DNA from: Octopus vulgaris
Taxonomy: Eukaryota
NCBI GenBank assembly: GCA_951406725.2
Contig: OX597817.1
Coordinates: 96,906,001-96,970,000 of the forward strand
Direction: 5' to 3'
DNA length: 64,000 nt
Shown here: positions 51,385-63,896 of the stretch, in pieces
Layout: the number at the start of each line of letters is the position of its first letter
How positions within the stretch are numbered: position 1 is the first letter of the stretch
Notes under the pieces: model-generated
Database searches by the model: none
The model's input: the letters and a program-made list of their open reading frames with translations, nothing else
Told to the model about the DNA's origin: nothing
Made by a program: the position numbers and the translations under genes

Positions 51385-54194
51385 ACTAGCTTAAGGTGAC
51401 CTGCTCTATGCGTGGGTAAGAGTGTGGTTGTTACTTTCTGTTGCTTCCTTTCTGTTTTTTATCACCACATTCTCCCTCTTTGTTTCTCTCTCCTTTCTCT
51501 CTCACTTTCCCACTCTCTTACTCTTCCTTTCTCTCGGACTTTCCCTTGCTTTCTCTTACTCTCTATCTTTCTTTATCTATCTCTCCCCCATTTATAAACA
51601 ACAAAAGATCTTGAGTAAGTTGAGAAAGAAAGTAGTTTGAAAGATCAATCATAAATATCAGGCAGTAACAACGGAAAGGTCTGCTTCAAAGCAGACAGCA
51701 AAACACTAACATTTAAAAGGGACAGACGAACTTGTGAGCTGAAAAAAAAATATTGGAAACCAAAGTTTGAAGGGATAAAGTCTGAGGATAGTAGAGTCAC
51801 CATGGCTGTTATTTCTTAACGACAGACAGCAACGTAGTGGCAGTTTAATGGCTGACCTAAAATTTTGAACTTGATGTAAAAGAAAATTCCTAAACACCAA
51901 GTTTTGAAGTGATTCTTTCTCATGACAGTAGACTCACCATGGCAAGCATTCAAAACTTCTTCATCATGGATGGCAACACATTGATGATTTAAAGGCTGGC
52001 GCAAATTTTTTAGCAAAGAGAATTCCTAAAAGTTAAGTAAATTTTAATCCCTTTCCAGCCCCATTTAGACCCCTTTTCACATTTTGGTTAATATAACCCG
52101 ATTTCATTCAGGTCTACTTGGGCCACATTTTATAAGATGAGGAATTTTGCCTTTCATTTGAGGAAAAAAATAGTTGCCATGCAAACTCGCCAGCACTTTT
52201 AACATATGTGTGCATATTTTCAGCTCAACCGACCACATAATGCACACATTATATATATGTGTGTGTGTGTGTGTGTGCGTGTGTGTACGCATTATATATA
52301 TAAATGTATACAAATTATGTGAAGACCTGTTGAGACAAGTGAAAATCAAAATCAAAATCAAAATCAAAATCAAAATCAAAATCAAAATCTTTCAACATCA
52401 ATGGAAATTGTAGCTGAGATACCAGTGCCAGTGGCACGTAAGAGAACCGTCCGAACATGGCCGTTGCCAGCGCCGCCCCAACTGGCCTCCGTGCCAGTGG
52501 CACGAAAAAGCATCATCCGATTGTGGCCGTTGCCGGCCTCGTCTGGCCCCTGTGCTGGTGGCACGTAAAAAGCACCATCCGATCATGGCCGTTTGCCAGC
52601 GTCGTCTGGCACCTGTGCAGGTGGCACATAAAAAGCACCCACTACACTCTCGGAGTGGTTAGCGTTAGGAAGGGCATCCAGCTGTAGAAACACTGCCAGA
52701 TCAGACTGGGCCTGGCGAAGCCTCCTGGCTTCCCAGACCCCAGTTGAACCGTCCAACCCATGCTAGCATGGAAAACGGACGTTAAACGATGATGATGATG
52801 ATGATGATGATGATATATATATATATATATAAATACAGATATATACATTTTGTATATATACATTATATATACATATTTATATATAGAACACACACACACA
52901 CATATATAAATTAATCCAATAAATATCTGATTCATAATATTTGTTCTCATGATTGTGTGGTGGTGGTGGCGATGATAATTCTCTCTATGAATGCAGACAG
53001 ATCTTGAGTAAGTTGAGAAAGAAAATATTTTTATGCTTTTTAAACCCTTCATCGTTATTCTCATTCACTCGTTATTACTTTCTCCCTTCCTTTCACATTC
53101 TCTCTATAACGTTATAGAGAGAAAGTGAAGGGAGGGGAGGTGGACGCTGTGAAACGACGTTATAGATAGAAAGTCAAAGGAAGGGAGGAAAGAGAGTGAG
53201 AGATGGAGAAAGACAGACACATAAAAGAATGAGAGTAGACTTGTCAAAGTGTGCGTTTTTGGCCCTAGCAACAACACCTTTTAAGATGGGTATTTCTAAC
53301 ATAGCTCACTTGCATCCTCACCTCATTTTACATGTCCCTGTAAATTTTGGAGTCAATCCAACGGGATCTAGTGGCCTTTAACCTGTTCTCAATGCCAAAA
53401 ACCAGACAAACAAACTTTTTGCATTTCAGAATTATAATATAGACTAGCTAAAGGTGACCCGGTCTACACGCGGGTAAGAGTGTGGTTGTTACTTTCTGTT
53501 GCTTCCTTTCTGTTTTTTATCACCACATTCTCCCTCTTTGTTTCTCTCTCCTTTCTCTCTCACTTTCCCACTCTCTTACTCTTCCTTTCTCTCGGACTTT
53601 CCCTTGCTTTCTCTTACTCTCTATATTTCTCTATCTATCTCTCTCCCATTTATAAACAACAAAAGATCTTGAGTGAGTTGAGAAAGAAAAATATTTTGAA
53701 AGATCAATCATAAATATCAGGCAGTGACAACGGAAAGGTCTGCTTCAAAGCAGACAGCAAAACACTAACATTTAAAAGGGACAGATGAACTTGCGAGCTG
53801 AATAAAAATAAAAAAAATATAGGAAACCAAAGTTTGAAGGGATAAAGTCTGAGGATAGTAGAGTCACCATGGCTGTTATTTACGACGGACAGCAACGTAG
53901 TGGCAGTATAATGGCTGGCGTAAAATTTTGAACTTGATGTAAAAGAAAATTCCTAAACACCCTCTCCTGTAAATTTTAATCCCCTTCCAGCCCCATTTAG
54001 ACCCCTTTTCACATTTTGGTTAATATACCTGATTTCATTCGGGTCTACTTGGGCCACATTTTATAAGATGAGGAATTTTGTCCTCGAGGTCACGCCTTTC
54101 ATTTGAGGAAAAAAATAGTTGCCATGCAAACTCGCCAGCACTTTTAACATATGTGTGCATATTTTCAGCTCAACCGACCACATAATGCACACGT

Positions 54195-54226
<32 letters not shown>

Positions 54227-54392
54227 CGTGTGTGTGTGTGCGTGTGTGTACGCATTATATATATAAATGTATACAAATTATATATATATATATATAAATA
54301 CAGATATATACACTTTGTATATATACATTATATATACATATTTATATATAGAACACTCACACACATATATAAATTAACCCAATAAATATCTG
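51385..54392 (+). mobile_element. Two head-to-tail copies of a non-autonomous Helitron/Helentron-like element
   Basis: Both start ACTAGC..GGTGACC (51385, 53443) and share ~950 bp; copy 1 ends ..ACAAACAAAC..ATAATATAG immediately before copy 2. Confidence 0.7.
52320..52812 (+). mobile_element. RTE 3'UTR/SINE copy inserted in Helitron-like copy 1
   Basis: (AAAATC)n, four ~62-bp units, (GAT)n tail; absent from the paralogous site in copy 2 (~54280). Confidence 0.85.
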
Positions 54393-55700
54393 ATTTCTTC
54401 AGTCCATGCATTTCTGGGAGTACTTCATTTCTGTCAGAGTTGCTATATGTCTCTTTCAGATGGTGTTCGAGCTCTTCTTTCGTGCAATCCAATTTCGTGA
54501 AAGGCGAAATGTACATTTGGTGCAATGCAGTCAACAGGGACAGTGCCTGAGATGGGAGGAATATGTGATCAACCGCAAAATATCAAGGAGAAGATCGAGA
54601 GGTACAATAGGGGAGAGTACCCAAAAGTATAAAAGCGCAGGAAAGTATACTTCTACAAGGATGGAAAAGGATATAAAACCAGGCCTACAAGTAAAGTATA
54701 CGAGATAGACGAAAGATGGAAGGGATACTGGGAGGTGGCCACGGACTTGGAAAGACGAGTAGTATTTCCACTAATAAAAACAACAAAAAGACCAGATTTA
54801 GTTCTATGGAACAGAGACCAGAGAATGGGAATTTTACTAGAACTGACAGTACCTTGGGAAGAGAACATCGGCAATGCAGAAGAACGAAAGGAGAAGAGGT
54901 ACGAAGAACTAATTGAAGAGGGCAGAGAACAGGGATGGAATGTCGAGTATCACCACCTGGCAGTGGGGGCTAGAGGCTTCATTGAAAAGAAAATGACAAC
55001 GCTTTTCAAAAGAAGATTTGTTTTTTCTAGCTCGGAGCTGCATAAACTAATAAGGAGAGTACAGGAGGCGATCAAAAAAGCCAGCTTCTATATATGGCTG
55101 AAGCGGGAAGACCGAAAATGGCTTGAAAGTCATAAACACGCCGACGGGAAATAACATTAGGTGAGACAAGCTGACTGAATCAGCTTTGCTGACTGACAGG
55201 TGACGGTTGTTTAGAAAAAGGGTGGGCTAAAACTACATGCCTTCACTAGTCAGTTAAGGTGAGATAGTGTCACATGACAACTCGCTGGGGCTGCCTGCTG
55301 ACAGGTGCCGGTCGTTTAGAAAAAGGGTGGGCTAAAACTACATGCCTTCACTAGTCAGTTATGGTGAGACAGTGTCATGTGACAACTTGCTGGGGCTGCC
55401 TGCTGGAGCCTATGCTGCAGGTATTTAAAGGGAGAAATTTGACAAGACAGTCAGTCACCAGCTGACACTCGCTGACAATACATTGAAGAGGCCAGGGAAC
55501 AGAAGAAAGAAGACATGCACCCAACACCAGAGCTGAAGACACCTCTGAAAAGGGGGGCCCCACCACGTCAAAACGTTAGAGGAGTAGGGGCCAAAACTGG
55601 ACGTGGTTCCTCCTGATGATGTCTTGAGCTAACTGGATCCTATAAAGGAGCTGTTGTGGTAGCAGACTATGAAACACGGTTGTTATTCCCCCTGGTGGGT
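54390..55700 (+). mobile_element. HERO/NeSL-type element 3' end with RLE domain, inverted 5' piece and 104-bp tandem duplication in the 3'UTR
   Basis: RPDLVLW..LLELTVPWEEN...EERKEKRY..GW...VGARGF (54735-55154); tandem units starting ~55194 and ~55298. Confidence 0.85.
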
Positions 55701-56272
55701 AAGTACATCTGCAATACAGGAGGTACTGAGAAAATGTGTGATGAGTGAATCAGCAGGGCTGGATGGTCTTTGTGAAATTTCTCATATCTCTTATGGCAAA
55801 GATGTTTGCTTCAACTGACATGAATGAAAATGTTGGAAAAACGATGCAAAAATGCCGGAAACATTCAACATAAATTACAGTAGGTATTTTATAGTTTTAG
55901 ATACTTTTAGGTAGGTTTGTTTATTATCATATATATTTGTCTTTAACAAAGACTTTTCCCAGGATTTTAAACCTTAAATCGTTTAAATCTTTAACATAAG
56001 GGTGCAAAAGATATTGCAGATTTTGTCAGATGTGTAATAAAATAATCACATTATTTTTGCTCAAGCCTATAGGGCGTATTATGTACAAGATATTTTTCCA
56101 AGAATTACTAGAGCTCCCTATACACAACTGTGTATTACATAGGAATAAACTAAGTATGTTAATTTATTTAGATCTATTTATTAATTTACTCACATGAATG
56201 GTTGACATAGTAGAACATGTAGACATTGCACATAAAAGACTAGAAAATTTTATTCCTTTAGCTATATAACAC

Positions 56273-56725
56273 CAGTAGTTCTTAAACTAAATGGTAGCAC
56301 CCCTTGAGGGTGCTTTGCACCCACAATGGGACAGCAAATGTCAAAACGGTACCATGGAAGCACTGACAGACACAACATGTATATTTTAAACAAATTTTCA
56401 TTAAAAAATTGTTGATATTACAATGAGTAGAACATTGTGTTACAAATGAACAGAAACATCATTTACTTTAGAAGGCAATATGAAAAAATTATCAAGGTCC
56501 AGTATAATTCTAAAGTAATTTCCATAAAATTGTAACATAGCAAATATCTAAAAAGAGGTACATGTATCTCTTTTTAAGAAAATTTGACTAATAAAATACT
56601 ATGCAAAATTTGTTTTTATTTGACTAAAATAATCTGATGCTTTTTGTAAAATATAGTGAGGTGATGTTTGTAAAACATCATTTGGTGAAAGTGGGTGCTG
56701 AGTAACAAAAGACTGAAAACTATTG
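56273..56725. mobile_element. Old hAT (Charlie-like) MITE
   Basis: Imperfect TIRs CAGTAGTTCTTAAAC / GACTGAAAACTATTG; TSD not recognisable. Confidence 0.4.
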
Positions 56726-57586
56726 TGCTATGTCATTAATGCTAATTAAAAGTTACATGTCCAGTATTATAATACCATAATAATGTAAACTAGATATTCT
56801 ACTGTTGATTGTGTCCAGTATTATACTCAATTGCTGCTTTCTATACATGCATAGACATGATCCAGGGTGGGGGCTTATAGTCATAACATAGTTATATCTC
56901 TTCTAGTTTCATAATGAGAGTACACAATGTTGTTATGTACCACCACTTTATAAGTAGAAGGATATAGCACCATTGCAGTAACTTGTTTTTGCAGAACTCT
57001 ACTTCTGTGCATTTCCACTTTACAGAAATATGCTGGAAATTCACGTACAATGCAAGAAGATTGACAAGTCTGGCATCCATTGTCATGTTTAGAGAAATAA
57101 GTTGTTGCATAAATGAAAACAAAAGTTATTGAAATCTTTCAGTGTTACCTAGTAAAGTGACAACTTGTGATGTTTAAAATGAGTTGTTGTTGAGATGAGG
57201 ATGGTTTGACTCAATGGCTGTAGTACTGCATGACATTTAAACTAGGAAAAGAACAAGATCTGTAGTTTATTGAAAGTAATTTCTGGTGCTTGTCATGATC
57301 AATTATTTCAATAGCTTTTATGAGACTATATCTATAAAGTTGGTGTTTCTCTTTATTTTCAGTAATTTATATAACAATTTCCACTCTACATAAGCTCAAG
57401 GAAGAAATGTGCTGAAAGTATTAAACTGCTATCAATGAGAGACTAAGACTGTACATGGGATTTTAGCAGAATCTTCAATGTGATTCATAGGACACCAAGA
57501 CTTTGAAATACTAAGAAAAGGATTACCAAATTAATTTGCTCAGACTATCAATTGGTTCCAATTGCAAAAAAAAGAGAACTTTCAAA

Positions 57587-57606
57587 ATGAATTCATTGAG
57601 TTTGAG
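57587..57606 (+). CDS. Putative start-codon exon of an unidentified plus-strand gene (exon ~57363-57606, mostly 5'UTR)
   Basis: Polypyrimidine/TTTTCAG acceptor at 57362, CAAAATG context, strong donor GAG|GTAAGT at 57607; phase 2. Confidence 0.45.
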
Positions 57607-58110
57607 GTAAGTGAAATATTGAAAATTTATTATAAAAAAATATCCTAATATCATCACATTTTGATACCATCCAGATTTTAGTAGATAAAGGGCTCTAACC
57701 AGTTTAAGCAGTTGTATTTTATATTTGACTGTTCAATATAGACTCCTCATTATACAGAATACCATTTAATAGAATCATGTGAAGTTTATGAAGGATAGAT
57801 ATAGAAATTTTTCAATGAAGTGGGAAACTAATCTTTGGAATTTAACTATTTGTATTTACTGGGTGACATATATTGGCTGGAAGTTGCTTCTTTATGAACC
57901 AAACCAGAATGAACTTGTGCAGGCATCAGCAAGCTAGATTCTTTATGGTGGAAATAGGTTATTAAAATTTAGTTTTAGCATGCAGTGAAGACATCAAAAC
58001 TTTTACTAACATGCATGTTTTTAAATTTTCAGGTTTGAATGACTAAAACTACAGGGACCAACAAATACATAATCTCTCTGTAACTATAACCTGTAATATT
58101 TCATGACTGG

Positions 58111-58724
58111 CAGGTTTGGAAGGTGTTGATTAAAATTTGCAACATAAAATATTTAATTTATAATATAAAATATCATCTATCATTTAAAAGTGAAAAACGA
58201 TTAGTATTATAAAACTTTATTATTCAACTCAATTTACCATCAAACCAATTAGAAATCACTAAAATTCCTTTGCTGTGTCTCATTTTGGGAATAAATTCCT
58301 AAAGCAACTGTAATCAGATTTATTTCTTCTGTTCTTTCTTTGTGATACAAGTTTGCCAGAAAATTCAACTTCTCTTGTGTCAATCTTGACCAAAAACATA
58401 ACTATTTTTCTCTGTGGCTTGTAAAATCTGCATTAAAGGAAGATCAGGTATTGGAAGTAAGGGAGGAAGTTAACATCATGTGAAAAAGCACAACTGGACA
58501 TATATAGTACCGTTTACCTGAACACAAACATCTTGGCATTCATCTAAAAACTTCATGGAACCCAAAAGTTGTTCATTAATCCAAACTCCAGCAAAACCCT
58601 TTACAGAATGTCCTGTGGTATGAGTAATAAACTTTTATAATCACTATTGTTTTGTACTTTTAATATTTTATGTTACAAATTGATATTTTGCATTGCAAAT
58701 TTTAATCAACACCTTCCAAACCTG
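58111..58724. mobile_element. MITE with ~60-bp TIRs
   Basis: CAGGTTTGGAAGGTGTTGATTAAAATTTGCAA mirrored by TTGCAAATTTTAATCAACACCTTCCAAACCTG. Confidence 0.8.
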
Positions 58725-59351
58725 TGAGCTACACATTCCACAGGGAAAAAGTTTTTTTTGAGATCTGGAAAAAGATTCTAGGGATGTTGGTTTTGACATC
58801 AGGTGAGAAGGGTGAGGCATACCAGATTACCTATCCCCTTCTCTTCTTCTATCTGTCATGGGGATGTGTTAGTATGGGCAGTTAGGAGTCCTCATTTTAA
58901 TGCCTATATGACCTGGTCCTAGGTTCTAGGTTGCACTCTGTCTAGACCTGGAGTTGCAACTCATTTACTCAACCCTCCCATGATTCACATGCCTAAGGCA
59001 TCCCTGGTCAAGGTGGAGCATGTGCTACTCCATCCCTGGAGGTCAGGACATTGCTGTGGCAAATTGATGCTCTCAGTGACTTGGTTTCATTTGCCATGGG
59101 TCCCAAGGTCAATTGACCTATGTTGGGAAAGTAAACAGTCAATAAGTTCTCACCACTAGTTCTGTTAACATTATTCATATGTTAACATTCTTTATACTTT
59201 TACATCCTCCAGGGCCAGTTTAAGCCTGGTGTCTGGGATAAAATTAATTCTATTATTGTATTCAGCTCTCTTAAGTGCTTCATTATAGTATTTCAAGTCA
59301 TTGTAGGAAATCCATTCATTGATGGAAAGGTTGGAAAGCCTAATTGAGATA

Positions 59352-59725
59352 CATTAGTTACATTATTTACATTTGACAGATATTTGTCCTAATCTTGTTT
59401 GTTGTTAACACAAAATTTCGGCTGATATACCCTCCAGCCTTCATCAGGTGTCTTGGGGAAATTTCGAACCTGGGTTCTCATTCCTAAGGTATTTTTCGAT
59501 GTTGTTGTTGTTATTATTATTATTATTATTATTATTGTTATTATTATTATCATCATCATCATCATTATTATTATTATTATTATTCAGGTCACTGCCTGGA
59601 ATCGAACTCAGAATCTTGGGGTTAGTAGCCTGCGCTCTTAACCACTACGCCATATGGCATATGGCATAGTGGTTAAAAGTGCGAGCTACTAACCCCAACA
59701 TTCTGAGTTTGATTCCAAGCAATGA

Positions 59726-59779
<54 letters not shown>

Positions 59780-59959
59780 CAACAACAACATCAAAAAATA
59801 CTTTAGGAATGAGAGCCCAGGTTTGAAATTTCCCCAAGACACCTGATGAAGGCTGAAGAGTATATCAGCCAAAACATTGTGTTCAGAACAAACAAGATGA
59901 GGACAAATATCCATCAAATGTAAATAATGTACATAATTCCTCATCTCTTAAATATAGAA
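59352..59959. mobile_element. Head-to-head palindromic tRNA-derived retroelement with a hammerhead-like motif in each arm
   Basis: Inverted arms around ~59655; A/B boxes; (AAT)n; CTGATGA..GAAA cores; 13-bp direct repeat CCTAATTGAGATA at 59339-59351 and 59960-59972. Confidence 0.85.
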
Positions 59960-62001
59960 CCTAATTGAGATATTCTTAACTAATCCATCAACAACATATC
60001 TGGGATGGTCTATGAATGAAATGGAGGCTCCTGTTAGGTTTGTGGTACAGATAATATGATCCTGAATCCAGATCTACTGTAATGTATAGAAAGTTAACCA
60101 TTTTACTACACTTTTTGAAAGATATAGAAAGATTATGAGGTGGGTGTGCTAAGCAGTGATATGTATAAATGCAATGTTATTACCAGTTCAAATATGCTAA
60201 AAGCATGTTCAAACTTGTAAACAAGCCATTCACTGTGTTTTGTTGTCAAGAAAATTTCTCACTGTAGACAAATGGTGTAAATACACCCAAATCACTTTGC
60301 AGCACCACCTATCCAGATTGTGAGATGCAAGCATTTCAGAGTGGTTATCTCCTCTTCAGTCACAAAAACCGAGCAGTGGTGCTGTGAGCTGATAAAAGAG
60401 ACAATCTCTTTTATGTTATGCCAGTTAACAAATGTTAGTTGGTAGTGCAACTCAACGTGTAATTTAATTACGATGAGCTGTCAATTTGCCCTACCAGCCA
60501 ACATATGTTGACTGGAATAATATAAGACAGACTCACTCTCTTATCAGCTCGCAGTGCCACCATCTGGTTTCTGTGACCGAAGAGGAAATAACCACTTCGA
60601 AATGCTTGTATCTCACATTTTTTTCTACCTGGCTGGCTCCTGTCAACCATCCTACCCATGCATGAAAAGAAGATGGACGTTAAACGATGATGATTATGAT
60701 ATCACCTAATATAGAAAGAAGGGGGCATACCAGATCAGATATCTTAGTAAGCTACCGGGTATCTATTAATTAACTTTTTAGTTTGATTTATAGGTGCTGT
60801 GAATATTATTATTAGAATGTATAAGTTGTTATTATATAAGTTAAATCAGGTTGTATACCACGAACTGATAGTTGTAGGCTAGAAGTTCAGATGATATGTT
60901 CCTTCATTATCATGTATCATACAAATAATTATTGTTACTCAGTATAAAGATTAATTATGGAAAGAACTTAGTGGAATTGGGAAATCTCGCTAGGGTGTAT
61001 AGGTTGCTATTTTATAGGTTAGAAACGATCGTATACTGCAAATACACAATATTAGGTAAATCTACAAGGGGTGATGTTACTGTTACTAAGGTCGTTACCA
61101 TTACTTGCTAAACTTGGAGTAAAAGAATATGGGTTATGAGCATGGCCATAAGGGATTATGCCATCGGATTCTGACATTGAAGGGTTAGGGATAGGTAGTA
61201 TAACAGGTTGGTTATCAGTACTACTGTGTGCGTTGTATTCATTTACCATATCAATAACAAGAAATGACGTGCGTTGGCTAGAATTAAGGTTAGTGGAATG
61301 TGTGTCAGAGTTGTGGATGACCATGCAAAGGAGAGGTGACGAGAATGGCTCCTTTAGTACACCACACGGTAGATACAATAAATGCAAAATGGATGAATGA
61401 GTATAAGTGCCAGAAGGAAAAGAGAGACACAACCGAGTAGAATATTTAAGAGAAGATTTTATTGATAGATTAACGTGTATGCGTCATATATACATAATGT
61501 GTATGTAGAAACATGGATGTATGCATGTGCATTAAGTCCAGAGCATTGAAAGAGTCTATAATATGACGTTAGATGAATGTACAGACACAAGGATGATAAA
61601 TACCAGTTCGTAGTCAAGGTACACGATAGTTGAAGTGCTGTATCAAGAAGTTGAGGCTGCAATGCAGAGCCAGTTGAGGCACATGTCATGCGTGAAGCTG
61701 TGGCTACTATGCAGAGTCGGTTACTTGGTACAGAAGGTTCTTGCAGGATGTGTTTGCTGTTAACCATGGTGAAGTAATTCATTAACAGTATTGAGATAGA
61801 ACCTGTGCAAGGGTTGCTGGTTGCTGTGTACATAGAAAGATGTTGTTGATGACGTTAAGGAGTCAGAGGCGACAAAGATGGAGGTCCTGAATGCTGCTGG
61901 ATGAAGTTAATGAGTCTCCATGTGGCTGCTGTTGTGTTGTCACTGGAACTGGCTGTGTGATCTGTGGTCTGTGGTCAGTGGTTAGATCTCAAAGGGTCTA
62001 G

Positions 62002-62195
62002 AACTGAAAGATGAAAGATGGTGTAAAGCTAGCGTTTTATACTGTACTATTGGCTCACCGGAAGTTTGGAAGAGACTGTCTATGTAACCTTGTCAGAAGG
62101 CTGCAATTGGTTGAGTTGGATATTGGCGTGCAATAGAGCAAGAGACAAACTGCGCCAATACCACCATTGACTTCAAGTATGTAATTTCCACCAAT
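62002..62195 (-). promoter_or_regulatory. Candidate Pol II core promoter (CCAAT cluster, ETS, TATA, Inr)
   Basis: Minus strand: CCAAT at 62122-62126, 62106-62110 and 62049-62053; ACTTCCGG 62058-62065; TATAAAA 62035-62041; Inr-like TCATCTT ~29 nt downstream. Confidence 0.45.
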
Positions 62196-63849
62196 AACTC
62201 AGGCTCCTTTTATTGAACCTGGTCGCAGTTCATTTGTTTTTGCTCAGCATCTGGTGGTCGTTTAGAGGTGCTCTGTGTCAAAAAATATCATTCGTTGCAG
62301 ACGTTCTCTCTACATCATTCACATGCCCCTGACGGGCTCAGAGGTTACAGCCTGAGTTGATATCTTTAATTGTATATATTGAAAGTAACCCAAATTCAAT
62401 GTTTTATTGAAACAATATATTTCTATAGAGATTAGGATTTAAATTCTAGTCTATGAAAATTTCCATTCTACAATATTCTTAAAGGAACGAAAAATTATCC
62501 AGCAACTAGGGCTAATATGAATGAGCCTGGTAGGAGCAAAAAACTAACTGGCATCTCTGGTCAATAGTACAGGCGACAGTCAGATAGCTGATGTTTGTTG
62601 TGCACTTGCTGCTATTCTGTGCACCTGTGTGTAAAGATCAGTAGTGTCTTGCAGGGTTGCTTTATTTTTACCCTTAACTTAGAAATGGAGAAAGGCATAG
62701 TGCTAGATATAAAGAAAATAAGCCATTTGGGGCTAGAAGTACTGCCATAAAATGTGAAATTCTTCGAGGTGAAATCTCTGATGAGCCCAAGTGACGCTGA
62801 TGACTTGGAGTCACCACTGATATATATATATATATATATATATTTTATAAAATCTGTTCTGTCTGTCTGTGCATGTATCTTCTAGGATCTCGGGCAGTGA
62901 GGAAGTGAATGTAAAATAAAAACCAATCACACTAAAGGAAGTGCCCAAGAATGGCCACAGCCTCTGTCTGAAACTATTAAAGGCAAAAGCAAGCAGTAAT
63001 TCTTTTCACACACAAAAAAGATTGTCCTGATATATTTCATAGCTCATTGGCTAGTCAATAGATACATGTTTTCCTCTTACGTGAATCACCATATATAATC
63101 CCTAATTCAATTTCAGTGCTTCATCAACCAGGCTTTTGATGATTATTAATGGTACTATGGAAATGAATTGATTTCGGCAAGGAATTAAAAATGGGACTTT
63201 GCTCCCTGGGATCTTGTCTGTTCAAGTATGATGTACACTTTTTATGTATGAATTAAGTAGTTGGTCTAAAATTTCGCTATTAAAAGTAATAGTGTCAACA
63301 GTAAATCAGTTTTGTTGACCTACATTGTTTTCTTAGACATGAAGTCGAATTTTATTACAGTGGAGTGTAATTTTCTGAATACTTAAGTATGTTGCTAAAA
63401 CTTATTTTATTGATACTGGGAGTATGAAAGATGAAGTTTATTGCAAGGATATTTGAAGATAAAGGGATAAAATTAAATACTTGAAATCATCTGAGCAGGT
63501 AATCTTTTGACTTTGTCTACTAATTTATCTAATATTTGCTATGTTGTAATATACATTGATGTAATTTGTGTTAGGTAGCATTCTTGTGTTAACAACTGCA
63601 GAACAACATCTGGGTGAATTTTTCAAATGTTAATTATTTTTTGTCTGTCAGTTACCTCTTACAACTCTTTATATTTCATTGGTAATACTAATAAGAATGA
63701 AAATGAAATGTTAAATGACTGTGTGGATAGTAAATAGGTTAGCTATTATAAATAAGCATCCCTATTATACTTTGTAACTCAAATGTTCAAATGTCAATGA
63801 GTCAGAAATATATTTCATAATTATTTATTTGGTTCTTTCTGTTTCCTAG

Positions 63850-63896
63850 GTTTATATTCAAGTTTCTCTTTGCCAACTGTTTTACATTTATTGCCT
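63850..63896 (+). CDS. Putative next coding exon; spliced product MNSLSLRFIFKFLFANCFTFIA.. resembles a signal peptide
   Basis: Long pyrimidine tract + CCTAG| acceptor, donor |GTAAGT at 63897; open in phase 2, compatible with the 57606 donor. Confidence 0.45.

Noticed and set aside
55610-55680. Hammerhead in the HERO 3'UTR (CTGATGA..GAAAC)
   Set aside because: Stems I-III could not be built convincingly; CTGATGA at 12585 and 62778 likewise lacks a properly placed GAAA
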